Assembly: GCF_040938485.1 (NCBI RefSeq)
Contig: NW_027271742.1
Coordinates: 186,001-250,000, forward strand
DNA: 64,000 nucleotides
Direction of reading: 5' to 3'
DNA from: Diadema antillarum
Taxonomy: Eukaryota
The notes under the pieces are model-generated. The model ran no database searches, was not told where the DNA came from, and saw only the letters and a list, made by a program, of their open reading frames with translations. Positions 40,041-54,176 of the stretch are shown piece after piece (the first letter of the stretch is position 1; each line of letters starts with the position of its first letter). Made by a program: the position numbers and the translations under genes.

Positions 40041-40951
40041 GCCAGTAACAACGAATACCCCTCCGAAAACGTGGAATCAACCAGTCAAACTGAAGGCTAT
40101 AAATCTTTATGGGGACGTCCGTCAGCATACTAACATTCGTAAATATTCCAGAGGATTTGCTGGACAAATAAGCCCCATTTTCCCCCACACTTTTCCGGCT
40201 TAGCAGGGCTTTTGTTTGTTGTTTTCGTTGGGATGCATGTAAATTTTGTTTGTCATTTTAAGAGGAAGCAGCCTTTTATCTATTGCTCTGCACGTCTCGA
40301 GATTTCGAGCATTTGTGGAGAGGTGGGAATGAAGCAACGGGAATTTGCTAATGCTGATTGATGTCAAACGTTATGCAGTTTTCCTTCGACTCTGCTTCAA
40401 AATGAAGGATCGTGTAGCTTGACTTAACCGACTTGTGCGTCTTCTATTATTCCTCTCAGCACCGATGCTTCAAACCATTAGCTGTATCTGCAGCACACCG
40501 GAAGCACAGAAAGAGTCTACATTAGTCGCTTTCTCCGATTACCTATAGAGGTTGTCTTTTTCAAAACCTGTATTATAGGCCTATGATGATGGAGGGTAGG
40601 TGACGTCACTTTAAAAGGAAATAAAACAAAAATCTCTGAACAATGATATAAGCCCGTGGAGTGCTACCTAGTGCTACATTTGCAATTTTGTTGGCTACCG
40701 ATTTTACATTCTTTCGTGAGTGATTTTTTTTCTCGTGATATACCTTTAAATAATGTTTGTGTCTCTCCACATTGCATGACTGTATTCCTAGGGATATGCA
40801 GTGTTTCAATAAGAGTGTTCTTGCTTGGAGGAAAGGAATATGTCACCAGCGAAACATTATAGAGTAGTCACGTGACGTAACATGATTCAGTTCACATCTA
40901 CCCTGGATGACATTATACGTGTGCGTGTTGAACTGTGGACTTAATAGGGAT

Positions 40952-41299
40952 GGCGGTGAGTTAGCTCAGTCGGTAGCGTGTCTGCCTCACGATCCAATGG
41001 ACCCGGGTTCGATTCGTGGTTCCCACTGAGCAATGTTGGGTGTAATCATACCATCCTCTCTAGTATTAACAGAGGCATAACACAGTGTCCCTTGGATAGG
41101 ATATAAAATGGAGGTTCCGTGTATGTGAGAGTCACAACTCATGCACGTAAAAGACCTCGCTTCATTCATCGCGGAGAGCAGGGTGTTTAACCCGGTGAAG
41201 TGGTCACCCAACTGGACCCCATGGAAGACCAGCTATTACAGCTGAATATGGGCTATCCAGCCATCTTCTCGTATAGAAATGAAACAAACAAACAAACAA
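40952..41299 (+). mobile_element. Deu-like SINE, full length (copy C)
   Basis: Box A TAGCTCAGTCGG, box B GGTTCGATTC, Deu-like core, (AAAC)n tail; collinear with copy A. Confidence 0.9.
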
Positions 41300-43270
41300 T
41301 AGCCAACACTCCGAGGGCCAGTGCCTATATGGTTGCTGTTTTGTGTACGCGGCGCGTCCGTCACGAATTGATGCCGTTCATAGCAGTGTCTAAAGGAGGA
41401 ACAGTGTCTCATATACAGATTTCAGATAATGCCTTTCTATGTCAACCATATATTATTTCTTTTTATACAGTAATAAGTTGGAAATGTGGCAAAAAAAAAA
41501 TGAAATTGTGAGAAATTGCGGCGTATGCCCCTGCCGAAAATTTTCCTCGTTCTTCCTTGTTTGCCAAAAAGAGCAGTTTTTTAGAACGATTTGGATAATT
41601 ATAACACTCCAAATTAATACTCGGAAGAATGGAATGCTAGACGCGTGATGTACGTTGACTGAAATAGCTCATGGATGCAAAGAAAGAGAGAGAGAAAAAA
41701 AAACATAAGGGAGACCTCAATAGAGTGGCAGCACGCCACTGATATAACAACAAAGCCATCAGTTTAGTTTACTAGCAACGACCAATTATGAAGCCATCAT
41801 TGACTGCTAAACTGCAAGAAATGTCCAACATAATAATGGACTCGCTGTAAGGCTTTGTTACTAATGCCCGTATAATAGTCGATGCACAACTACTTTTCTC
41901 AAAAAGGTGATCACCGATGATAGCAAAAGGAAAATTACAAGATCTTCATATGTGTGTATTTTGTGCTTTGTTTTGAACGCACTCATTCAAATGCAAATGC
42001 AAGATGTAATTGGTTATTTGATTTTTGCCTTCCTTTTTTTTTTTGTCACTCTTAAAATAAAAATGACTTGTTGAGCCGCCAACCGTGGGTCATATAGATG
42101 TGTTGAATCTTTGTCATGGACGTGCTGTATCGCAATTAACGTACGCTAGTTTGTTTGATTTCTTTTTACTTTGTGACTTACTTTGAACACCGTTTCCGAT
42201 GCATTTTGTGGGTTTTTTTTAAATCCACTTATCTTGATTATGACGCATCCGTGCCTGTAAATTGTTTTTTTTTTCTTCTCGTCTTCAGTGACCCGATAGC
42301 TACAGCTATACAAAAATATATTGATGTCTTAAGTGGTAGCTAGGGAGAGAGATAGTGTGTACCTTGGCGTCATCGTTTCAATTATCGTGTGCAACAAGTC
42401 CCCAAGTGGGGGCAAACTCACTTTAGAGTGCCTTCCACATCGCTTGAGGCGATCGATCGTGCAGCGTGTGAAGGACGGATTTTTTTTTTCTTCTGTTTGT
42501 TAGTAATTTTGCCGTCGCTGGAACGTGTATCTCGTATAAGCAATCCGTAGTATAGCTATTTATATAGGAGATAGAATCAAAGACTAAATTTTGACGTCCA
42601 GTGGTCAAAGACGTACAGTAGGCCTACTCGTCATACCTGGTTTGTCATTTTACACCAGTCCTCTCCTGAGTTGCGGAAATAGAAACGCGCTGATACTTTC
42701 TGCTGCCGTGTATATCTGAGGGATGAATACCGAGGTAGCGACATCTAGACATTTTGATCACAGAGGTTAGTACCACTAGGGGTTCCGGTTGCCCAATAGT
42801 GCTTTATTTTCTCGATTTTCCTTGGAGACATCGATTAGCGTTTGTTCGTGGTATCTTGACATAAACGCATAGTTTGGTGGAGCATTAATGCCCCCTCAAA
42901 CTTCTATACGTTCATGTGTGTATGTGTGCATTGTGTGTGTGCGCGAGTAGCCTGTGCGTAATGTGTTTGTGTACGCAGATTATTCGTAAAACTTGGACCT
43001 CCCCGAAAGTTGGACACATATATCATGTGACTGTTTACGGTTACCAGTAATTCATATAACCCATCAATTAATCCTTTATGCCTGTGGTTACCTTCTGTGT
43101 CGTGGTGTACATTTGTGCTTAAAAGCGGCCGGTGTGTCGGCGATGCATATCCGTCTGCGAATTGGAAATGTTTCTTAAGAACATTTTATCGATTACCCTG
43201 ATTTAGTTCCTCTAATATATGAGATCTGGACTTCTTGAGACGGAGGCCGTGTGAGTCTGTTATTTTGCAG

Positions 43271-43304
43271 GAGAACTGGGTCAAAAGAGGCTTTCCTATC
43301 GAAA
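43271..43304 (+). other. Candidate 34-nt micro-exon
   Basis: TTATTTTGCAG| acceptor and |GTGAGT donor; all three frames open; unverified. Confidence 0.2.
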
Positions 43305-44604
43305 GTGAGTCTTCAATATTTCGCAACCCTTAAATGGTAGATAAATGTGCATGGAAAGGGAAGCAAAATATCTCACTGTCTCACGGTAGACACGACGAAG
43401 AGGCAAGTGTCCCTGCTCTGCTATCATATTACTGTTTTCTTTGCACATCGCTTGTTCCCTTTTAGTGGATTTTCCCTCTAGTCCATTGTTGACGACGCGG
43501 TCTAGTGCGTTTGTATTACAATGTATCCGCTTTTCATCTTGTTTGTCTGTAACGCGCGAAACCGTGAAAAGTCGTACAACGAAGAGTGTATTCAGGTCTC
43601 TCTTATATTTTATTCGGTAATTTGGTCCGACGCCACATAAAGGGGGGGGGGGGGGGGTTAACTCTTGCACAAGTTTTTGTATAGATTATACACCTCTGTA
43701 GATGTTTTTGACAATATCACTTTCAATAATTAATGGACGAGAATTTGTCAAACAGTCAACACGATTTATTTTGGTAAGATTGAAAAATTCACAGAAATTG
43801 TTGTTTTATCGGTAGAAAACGATTTATATTCAAGACATTCCTCTCCGGGGTATATGTGGGCATGAGTGTCTTTCCGTCAAACTTTTCCACAGCCTTGAAT
43901 TTCAAAGTAGAGAAACGTTTCACACTTGACTCAGTAGCTCCTGTAGGATGGAAAGGGCTTGTAACAGAGTCATCATTTTTCTTGTCACCATGCATGGACT
44001 GAACCTGAATCACTGTTCCGAAATGGAAACTTCAACATAGAATTTGTTGCTTTTCGTTTTACAGTGTTTTAACAGTGAACAACCATTCACCAGCCTTTGC
44101 TCCTTAAACAAACAACCGGAGGTTTAAGCCACATTGTTTTTATGTTGCTCATGTTGTATTAATATGACAGGGTGATATTGATATTTTCCCTACTTTTAAA
44201 AATCGGAAATATTCAAACCCGATGTTTCGTCAATTAAGAATGGCCACTTTATTTCGTCCACGATTTATGGACTGGAATACTAACATAATTTTTTGTATGA
44301 CTTGGAGAGATAGAGGGATGGGATGGAAAGATTGTCATGAAATATTCTCTCTTAATTTCCTATCCGTTTTTACATGATGCAAACGCGTCTTTGACTGTTG
44401 TTTGACTGTTGTTTAGTTTGCAGAGCTCAGATGTGACGGTATTTTTTTCTGAGTAATAACCCAAATGAGGTGACTTGTTCCTGATGTTAAAAAAAAAAAA
44501 AAAGTTGGCTGGGTAATCAGTGTGCTTCAATAGAACGAGCTCCATGAAATGACCAAACTATAATAGTTTAAATTATGACTAACCTCGCCCCAACGAACTC
44601 CTAA

Positions 44605-45081
44605 AGCTGCGTTTACACCATGTTCCCGGCAGCCACGGCAGCCCCGTTTGCCCGAAACGTAGTGCGCCGTAGGGAGATGAGACATTCTCATGTTTTCCCT
44701 CTCTCGCATTCTAATCTTGTTCATTCCAGTCCTTGCCCCGGTGAATATATCGCTATCAGACGCTGTTCTCACGGCGTCTGGTCAGGCTAGATTATCAATG
44801 CTTTCAGTCCCGCTGCGGACAGCCTCCAAGTTTTGTTAAGGCCAATGACGTGCCGCCCCGTTTCGTTGCGTTATCACTGCAAACAAGATTCCTCATTATC
44901 ACCGGGACTGCCGTGGCAAATTTTTGACAGTCTAAAAATCTGACACGGCATCCACAGCAATCACGGCCTGTCGCGTTTGCCTATCCCGTCTCACCGCGTT
45001 GTTCCAAGTCCATCCCGTTTTGTCCATGGTAGCCCGAAACGGGGCTGTCGTGGTTTCCGGGAACATAGTGTAAACGCAGGT
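44605..45081. mobile_element. PIF/Harbinger-type MITE (477 bp)
   Basis: TAA TSD at 44602-44604 and 45082-45084; TIRs AGCTGCGTTTACACCATGTTCCCGG / CCGGGAACATAGTGTAAACGCAGGT. Confidence 0.9.
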
Positions 45082-48000
45082 TAAAGGTCCTGTTTACCTT
45101 TGGGACCAGTGATTTAAAAAATGTTCAAGTTATCACTTTTCATGCACATTTGCAGGTCAGTTGTATCACAAAGCATCTTACCATATGACATTTTGGCAAT
45201 AAAGCCTAAAATATAGGAGATATCACTATTTTTCTCATTACACCATAACTGTAGACGGTTTAGTCTGGAAACGTTTTTATTATAACAATTGTTCACATTT
45301 TGTATATTTAACAATACTTAACATCGATTATACTGGTTCAAATTTTTACAATGGTTGTTTCTATCCGTTACTCACATTTTAGAACTATTTTGAAGCGCTA
45401 ATGCTGGGTTTTTGTTTCATCTGCAAACGGTAAATTGTGCCTTTAAGTAAAATCAGGGAGTTGGGAAGAGAGGTCCCACCTCCCTGGTAAAATGAAGCGT
45501 CGCGCTGACAGACTTGAGCCGTACATCTCAGAGGGGAGTGTCATCACTTTGATTGACACTTATCACTATGAAGCCGTCAGAGTCGATCACGTGACCAGTA
45601 TTCGGATTAGAATGGGAAGTTGAATGCCTCTCATTTTGTCCAAAGCGGAGTTGAATACCTCTCTATGAAGATAATCTTTCATCGCACAGAAAGTAATACT
45701 CCAATATATTTGTCTGTAACAAGTGTAGGAAAGTTTTGAGAGCAAGGCACCTGCATTCATATTATTTGTATGATTTTACCTTAGTTATCACATTACCAGT
45801 TCACTGACGCGACTGGACATAGGTTTAGAAGGTATTGTTTCTACATGAATAATGTCCCTGTAACCTATGTGAACCGTACTCATTTACTTCAACATTTCGT
45901 CATTAAAGTATCATTATATGTCTGTCGTTATTGATATAAGATGATAAGTGAAGTCAAAACATGATCAACTGATGATAAAATTATTGTATTTCTTTTTTTT
46001 AACAATTTGAATGTGCTGTAAGCATAATATGATGAGGATATTTCATTCTGCGTACGAAGCACTTTACGCGTCATACCACGAGCGGGGCGCAGCTTGCAAA
46101 CCCACCAGCCAACAGTGATTACTGCTGACCTAATAATTCTCCTAATACGACTTCTGACGCGAAGTTAACAAGAGGGGAAGAGAAGATAGAGAGAGAAAAA
46201 AACACCTTCCCTTATCATTCGCTTCTGATACTTGGATTCATATGGATGTGAAGACGTAAAACAGTGCTTAAAGTCCCTTGCTAACATTTACAGATGGAAA
46301 AACAAACAAACTCAGCTTTAGTGCTTTAGAATAATTCTAAAACGTGGGCTAAAATAACCAGCCTGAAAATGTTAATCAGTGTAATCAATGTTAAGTATTG
46401 TAAGATATGCAAAACGTGAAGTATAGTTTTAATCAAAAATCGTTTCTAGAATATGAGAAAATCAGGGATATCTTCCTGTATTTGCAGCTCTAATGCAAAA
46501 ATTTTGTACGGTAGGGTGTTTTGTGATGCAACTGAACTCTACATAGTATACATCAAACGTGATAATTCGAACACTTTTTAATCACTGCTACCAATATCAA
46601 ATAGTGTCTTTAATTGGGCGTTGTCATCGAGGACCAAAGGTTGTCACCCTGATAGAAATTCTACAGACTCCCCGGCAATGAATTTCATGTATGGTACAAA
46701 ATCATCTTCACTTGTTCATGCACAATGTTTTACATGTCATAGACAGAGAAAGAAAAGCGTGTGCTGTATCTTTGGTCATTGTATTTGGGCTTGCACGGTC
46801 TATCTCGATAGGGCCAGTTTGGCATCTCACAAAAATACATATGGGCCTTTTTTTTTAAATATCATTTGAAGCATTTGTCTCTCTTTCATCTCTTCCACCC
46901 CCCCCCCCCCTTCACTGATTAGAAATTGAACGCTAATTTCGAGTTGCGGTGAGCTACCCGTATCATGTGTCAAAGTGCGATTGAATAGCTGTGGTCGGAC
47001 GGAACTGGACTATCTATAGCGGAGGAAACCGCCCAGTGCGTCTTGGTGTCGTTTGATGAGTGGCGCCGTGCGACGCAGGATTTAACCGAACGCACGGAAT
47101 ATTTGATACATAAATATTGAAATTAGACACAAATATTGCTCCCTGATGAGTGAGGACTGTATGAATGCAAAGGTCAGTGGCTAATGTCGAAAATACAACT
47201 CGTCCCATAAGACGATATCTTGACACACGCTGATGAAATCGCTTTCATGGGATCGCATGGCAGAGGCGGTTGACAAAATGGCCCCATGGTCGAATACCGT
47301 TTTTAAACTGTGCCCGAGTTCTACATTTCCGAGCGCAATGCAGGAGAGGGTTTGATGGAAGACAGCAACGGTTGTATATTAACCCGCTTGCAAACGTCAC
47401 GAACTTTTACATGACTGAGGAATAATCTCTTCCAACATTGCGTATAAAATCTTACGGTAATGCACCACAGAGTTTTAAAAAAAAGATAATAAATGAAAAA
47501 ATAATCCAACTTCTCTCGAAAATACTCTCCCCCTTTTTAGAATTCACTTGCAATCTGTAGTAGTGTTTCCCCCTCTATCATTAAGAAGTTCCCAGTTTTA
47601 TGTTTCTGAGAAAAGGTCCGAATTACCTGCCCGTTAATATATACGAGCTTATGAAAGGAATCTAACTTTCATGCTTGCGAAAGGGACGCACGAACATAAA
47701 TGTCAAAGCTCGGTTTTTATGGAATCATTAAAGTAGAAATGAAAAATAATTTCTACCGTCTCTAAATCAACATGCGAAAAAGTATATATTTGCATCAGTG
47801 ATGCGAGTTTCAAAGAAGCTGCGTTGTTGACATGCATGCTTAAACAACTAGTTCGATTCCTTCTGCTCGCTTTCGTGTCACTAAAGAAAATTCATCTTAG
47901 GTTTGAGTGTAAGCGACTAAGCGGGTTATGATCTAATCATATGTAACATCAACCACTATCAATTCGTGCAGACATTGTTTTGTTTTTCTTCCGATATCAA

Positions 48001-48775
48001 TAAACGTTTCATTTTTCTGCTCTCTCGATACATTTCAAAGTCTATACTTGAAAATGGAGCAGATTTGTTCTTAAATATTCATGTTATCAGACTAATCTGT
48101 TATCAGAATAATCTGATGTGAATTCTCAGCTTCAAAATATTCACGATGAAACGAGCGTGATGTTCGTAGTCCTGCGTTCCTTTGGCTCCATAATATTATG
48201 AACCTCACGCGACGAACGCACGTACTTGGAAATACATTGTCTGTCTCGGGGAAATACATTCCATTGCGGGTGATTTGTCAACACGCATGTACTATACCTC
48301 GAGGGATCGTGGTTTTACTTTTGTGACGACCGTTCATGGTCGTCAAACCGAATTGAACAAACGCGATCCGCACTTGTGAAACGTTCATGCTATACGAAGA
48401 GCGCTTGTATGTCAATGCATTCGTATGTATAAGAAGATGCTTAGCTCCTTTCGACGTGAGCTGCGTGGAATTTGCGATTCATCGATGCTTTCATCTGCTA
48501 CGTAAATTTTGTGACTCTTTTGTTAAAAGCCCGAGTCCCCCAAACTTTGCATGTATTAGTTGTTGCTATTTAGGGCAGATCTGGGAAAGCTCTCCATTCA
48601 CGTGTAATGCATGGATCTGAATACCTTATAAAACGTTTCATGTCGAGTGCTGAAGGTTTAGCGCCATTTGTACTGAGATGATAAGAGTTATAAATTGTCC
48701 TTCTGTTCAGCATGTAAGAGAGAGGAATGAAAGATAACTTAAATATTCAAAAATGTGTAGTTTGTAATTAATTGG

Positions 48776-48960
48776 TATATTATGGAGCAGTCATTGCTCC
48801 ATACCTTTTCCTGATCAACTTTATAGTTTTATAATGTCCTCGCTACTCCGTCCGTCTTTCTCTCATTTGTCAAAACTGACAAAAAAGTAAAAGTTCACGA
48901 ACTGCGACGATGCTGCACTTCTGCTTGAAAGACCTTCAAGTTTTATCTCTTTTAAATTAC
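48776..48960 (+). mobile_element. Probable Helentron/HINE (DINE-1-like) 5' portion
   Basis: Hairpin TATGGAGCA-GTCAT-TGCTCCATA (48781-48803) followed by a T-rich stretch and CCGTCCGTC, as in DINE-1-type elements; 3' end not located. Confidence 0.45.
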
Positions 48961-50963
48961 CACACCAGTCGAATATAGTTAAATGACTTAATTGCATTAA
49001 ACCTCCATTGCTTGTGAAACCTAATTTCAGTAATCCCACGACTACCTTATTTATTTATTTATTTTTTTTTTGGTCATTGGCGCCAAATTCTCGAATAAAT
49101 TGCCATAAATCTGCACAGACTTCTTTTTACTGTGATGAACTAAGAGGCGTAAGTTGACCGGGGATTAATTACACTAATATCTTCACCAGTATCAATTACT
49201 TTCCTCTGGCTCAAACCATTACGCTCATTATTTAAAGTGAAATAATGGGAAAAATGTACAGGAAATGAATAACCACAAAATGTCTTCTATGTCTAAACGC
49301 CCACTTCGTGGTTTGTTACTTTGGCTGCATAGCTATTCCCTCAGTCCCAAAGCAATTCAAGTCCTCATCGGCCATGTCGGCGGCGCCAGATGACCACACA
49401 TTAATGAGAGAATAATGAGTAAATCGAGTGCCAAAAGCCCCTGCGATCTGCCACTACAGATTTCTCCATTATTCCGCTTAAGATATGAAGTTCAATGAAC
49501 TCTCAGCATCCGGGTACTGATGCAGCTCCCGCCACGCGAAAAACACAGCACAGTCAACATCGACAATGACAGTGTTGTCGTTATTTTCTGCTTTTTGACA
49601 TTTCTTAAATGTTGCTGTTAGGATTATTCATCATTGTTTTCAATGTCTCCAGTCGAAGAAAGACGGGAGAGCAAATGAACATTAATATTTGTGCAATGAA
49701 AATATCAGGAACTAAAATTCTCTTTGATCTGTTGACTGTTTATCGATTGGCATGATATCCAATTTTATACTTGGTTCTAAAACTCGCAGATAGCTCGACG
49801 CTTTCTACACGAAGTTTTAATAGTCAGACCTATTAGACATTACGAATCGCAAAGATGATATCATGAAAGTATCACCAATTGAGTCCTCCCAAACATTTTA
49901 ACGAGACTTTATATACTCTTATATACTTTTATACTTTTTGAATAATCTCGCGCAGACTTTTAATGTGACGGCAAATACAAAAGGTGGTACAAACCTACGT
50001 ATAGTGAAAGCACAAAGTTGGCCAGCCGTTGGAAGGGGGCAACGTACTTTTCTCTTGCTTATACGAGCGATAAAAATTCGCTTTTGGCAAAGTCAGTAGG
50101 CGTTCAGCAGGGCTGATCAAAATCAATTAATCGCCTGTTGTCGATGGGAAGTAATAGATCCGACTGCAAGAGTGTTGCTGAGTAGGCGGGGCGAGCGAAC
50201 CACCGATGTCAGCCGGGATTAACTTCAGTGAGAGCAGTTCAACGACGATCGCATTGCCGAGTCTGACCGCAACCACGATGGATGTTATCCCAGTGTTTCC
50301 ACTGCCTTGAACTACTCTGCATGACTGCACCTTTCACTTTCACTTAGATTGGTATTTTGTCAATGTTTCCAGTTGCTGGCGTGGACTATAGTACAAAGTA
50401 AGTCGAATATCGATTCGTTTTTTCGTTTTCTTTTGAATTTGAAATGAATTTATATTATGCCAAAAATATCACTGCGAGAGTTTTTTGAATTGTTTTGAAG
50501 TTCCGTTTCGTGTATCCGTTTAGGATTCCATGTTACCTTCGCGATGCCAGTTTTAAGATTCGTAGCTGCGGCGAAAAAGCAATACAGTCGTATCCCCGGA
50601 TGCCCGTATGCTCTATAGAGCTAGGATGACAATGTTTCATTAAAAAGAATTGTGTTAAAAAAATTGTCCGCGCTGTCTATGGTTTTTAAGAGGGCAGCGG
50701 TTTGGAATCTAGTATTAGTCAATAGGTGTAATAACACCATCGACTTGCTTTCTTCGCAAACGCTAAGGCAATGTGCAATTGCACCTTTGTTATTCTACTA
50801 GTAAATATTTGTCATCTAAATAAAGCGCCTTTTGAACCACGTGAAATAATGTGCGAGCACTTGAGACGAAAGTTCAGTTAAATCAAATATGTATCTTAGT
50901 CTCCAAACACAAGTACGGCTTGGAAAGGGTAAAATGGCCTATGTCAACACACTGAAAGAATAA

Positions 50964-51494
50964 CACTGCAAAAAGTCCGGTGTTAAATAGTGAACACCGA
51001 GCTGGTGTTAAATTTTCGGTGCTCATTTATGGTGTTAAATTAACACCTCCGGGTGTCATTTCCAAATTTTAAACTGTTTTTTGAAGAGTTTCTTAGTAAC
51101 TGCACTTCTTGTTGATTTTTGATTTAAACAAGACGATCAAGAATTTTACATTGAAATACTAATTTTTTGAAAAAATGTGAAAATAAATTTACACCAAAGT
51201 AACACCAGCTGGTGTGGTCTCTTATTGAAGCTGGACGGGTGTTAAACCATTGATATTAACACCAACAAATATCAAATCAACACCATGTGGTGTCATTTTT
51301 TAATTAACACCAGTACAGTGTCAAAGTAACACCAGGTACGGTGTCAAATCAACACCACGAAGTGTCAGGTGAACACTTTTCAACACCATCACAGTGCATT
51401 TTCAACACCTGTGGGTGTGGTCCTTTATTGAAGTTTGATCGGTGTTAGATTTGACACCCGTGGTGTTAAATCTAACACCGATATTTTTACAGTG
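50964..51494. mobile_element. CACTA/EnSpm-like MITE with AACACC motif arrays
   Basis: Termini CACTGCAAAAA / TTTTTACAGTG, 3-bp flanks TAA on both sides; at least 15 AACACC/GGTGTT units. Confidence 0.85.
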
Positions 51495-52739
51495 TAAGGA
51501 ATAGCACCTATCTCACCTTCAGTAACAGCTATCATATTCGATGGGCTGAAGACCGTTTTTGGTATTCATGTGGTCGGGTGGTATGAGATTAGGCGTTGTC
51601 TTTGCCTATATAGTGTATCATTATTTGCACACATCATCCGTATAGCATTCATCAATTGTGTACTTATATTCATAATATTGATTGACGAATGAGAATTATC
51701 GTCTTACGGTGCACAATGACACTCAACATGCTGTATACTGTGACATTTGATAGTATAGTGCACTAAACCATGCTGTCGATCAAAGTTTTTTCATCGATAG
51801 CGTGTAAAAAGTGCTATCGGTGTCACGAGTCACTTTGTACATGGCGCCAACAATATCTTTGTCATGTTCAAATTAGTTATTGTTGCGTGGGTTGTTTTTA
51901 TTCCAACTAATCGACAAATTGCCCAATGATCCATCGACGTAGATACGCACTGATTGTTCAGACCTTTTTAGTAATAATGACAATAAAAATCATGGACCTA
52001 AACATCCAAGTATGCGTACCCATGATTTCTATCAATGTTAAAAGAGCTAACATCCCCATCTGCTGAATGTATTATGCCTTCAACTGAATGTAATAAAACG
52101 CTGGATTTATTATTTTTTCCATAATAAGATAAAGAAAGTAAGAGATAATTTGGAACAAGCAGATCTAAACGCGTCTTTCAATCAAACTAGTTGAAGATTG
52201 TCATTCCTCTATGAATCAGTTTCAAATTCTTTGGGAGAATGAAGTAGTAAAGCTCATCAAATTGTCTTCTTTGGCTATTTTTATCACCCTCTGAATCCCT
52301 TTCAAACCTTACTCACATAAGGATGTTACTCTGTAGTACTTCCATTGACAACCAATACAATCAACTTGAGTCCTCGGGCAGGAACAATGCAACAACAACA
52401 ACAACAAAATAAGAAATCTGTAGAGCCTCGTTGTCACACCATTGATCAAGAAAAGAGATGTTTCTCTAAAAGAGTTTTTGTAATCTTCAACCGATTTCAC
52501 ATTATTTTTCTCTCTCCTCGGAAAACTGGTTGAAAAAATACGACAGCAAAACAAATGAAACATTGCACCACGAACAACACTCTGCACAACCTCTTTTAAT
52601 CCGCTTCTCGACCAAATTATACTGTAAAAACATTACTTACCAGAGTCCACTGAGTTATATTCCACAAATCCTTTTTCTGACATTTAGGAAGCTTGTGACG
52701 CGTACAGAGTCTGCTATCATGCGCTGTAATGAATTATCA

Positions 52740-52850
52740 TTATTGTGATGATTGTTATCATTTTCATAATCATTAATCTTAGTATCATTCTCACTTTTAT
52801 CATTATTATTATAACCGTTATTATCATCATTATTATCGTAATTATCATAT
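52740..52850. repeat. Degenerate (ATT/ATC)n low-complexity tract
   Basis: Direct reading. Confidence 0.8.
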
Positions 52851-53579
52851 CTTAGCAAAACGTTCGCCGTTGTCTGTGTAGCCACCATTTCTTACAAGCT
52901 GGAGCTAGTGGTTAGTTGACATGTCACCGATTCCTAGCTGATACTTAATTGACTTCAGAGATGTAAATGTCAACCCATATGAAAATTCTTTCATCACAAA
53001 AGAGTGTATGGATATAGACACATTAATTTCCCTGCGATAAATCAAAGATCATCAAATTTACATGGCAACATTCTTTCCCAATAAATCATCCTCAGGTGCT
53101 CATTCTGTTTGGGTTTTTTTAACCATTATTGGTAAGGTTCTGTGTACTGCCGCGGCGATGCGCAAATATTACCAATCAGTGACTTAAGAATATTTGGAGA
53201 GATCGGCGTATCCGGGTTACGCTCTGGACAACATTTCACAAAAGACAGCTGTCTTGCTAAGACTGCGATTACCATAGCAACACACAGCTGCAGGCATGTT
53301 CGATAAACTTACGGCGTAAAATAATGTCTCACCAGTCGGTAACGTGATGTCTTGATGGGTAATGTGAAAGTAAAGTCGTTCTATGACTTTGAATTCAGCA
53401 TTAAAAAAAGATAAGATAAGATGAAAAAATGCTAAGATTTGCAGCCGTTATCTGCATTCTTTTCTTAACTGAATCTTGTGGACAAAGAAAGTTTTATGCA
53501 TTTTCTTTTCTTTTTTTGTTTTAAAATATGTTACTGAAAAGAGGATAAACGTTGCATTTTTTTTATACTGTAGCATTAA

Positions 53580-53960
53580 AGGGATCGTATAGTTTTGGAT
53601 GAGAACAAACTTCAGGTTTGTAACATTTTTTGGTGAGATAATGAAAAAACTCTTAAAAATATGAAAGACATGTAATTCCAAGAGGAATTCAACGTTTATT
53701 TGATGAAAATTGGTTTTAAAATGGCTGAGATATCCAAAACAGAGCAATCCTAATTAAAGGTGGATCCACCTTTTTTTACGATCGCTTTGTTTTACTTTCC
53801 TTTTGGATGTCAATAATTCCAAACCCGAATTTCATCAAATAAATTTTGAATTCCTCTTAGAATGGTATGCTCTGTACTATATCTAATATGAGCGGTTTCT
53901 TGGTATCTCACAAAAAGTTAAAAGCCCAATCCTCATCTCCACCAATACTTTACCATCCTT
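53580..53960. mobile_element. Kolobok-type MITE
   Basis: TTAA at 53576-53579 and 53961-53964; imperfect TIRs AGGGATCGTATAGTTTTGG vs reverse complement AGGATGGTAAAGTATTGG. Confidence 0.7.
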
Positions 53961-54176
53961 TTAACTATAACATAAGTGAGACATTGTAGGTCAAATCCTG
54001 AAAAAGAACATGAATATCAAGCCAAAATGAGAACGCATGCCTCTCATTGTGGCATTACATACAATCTACTTAAGATACAAGATGATAAACATTGCCACAC
54101 TAAGCTACGACACAACCATCCTTCCAAAACTGATAAACTCTACCTCGAGTTGTAACTGATACAGGTCATATTTTAA

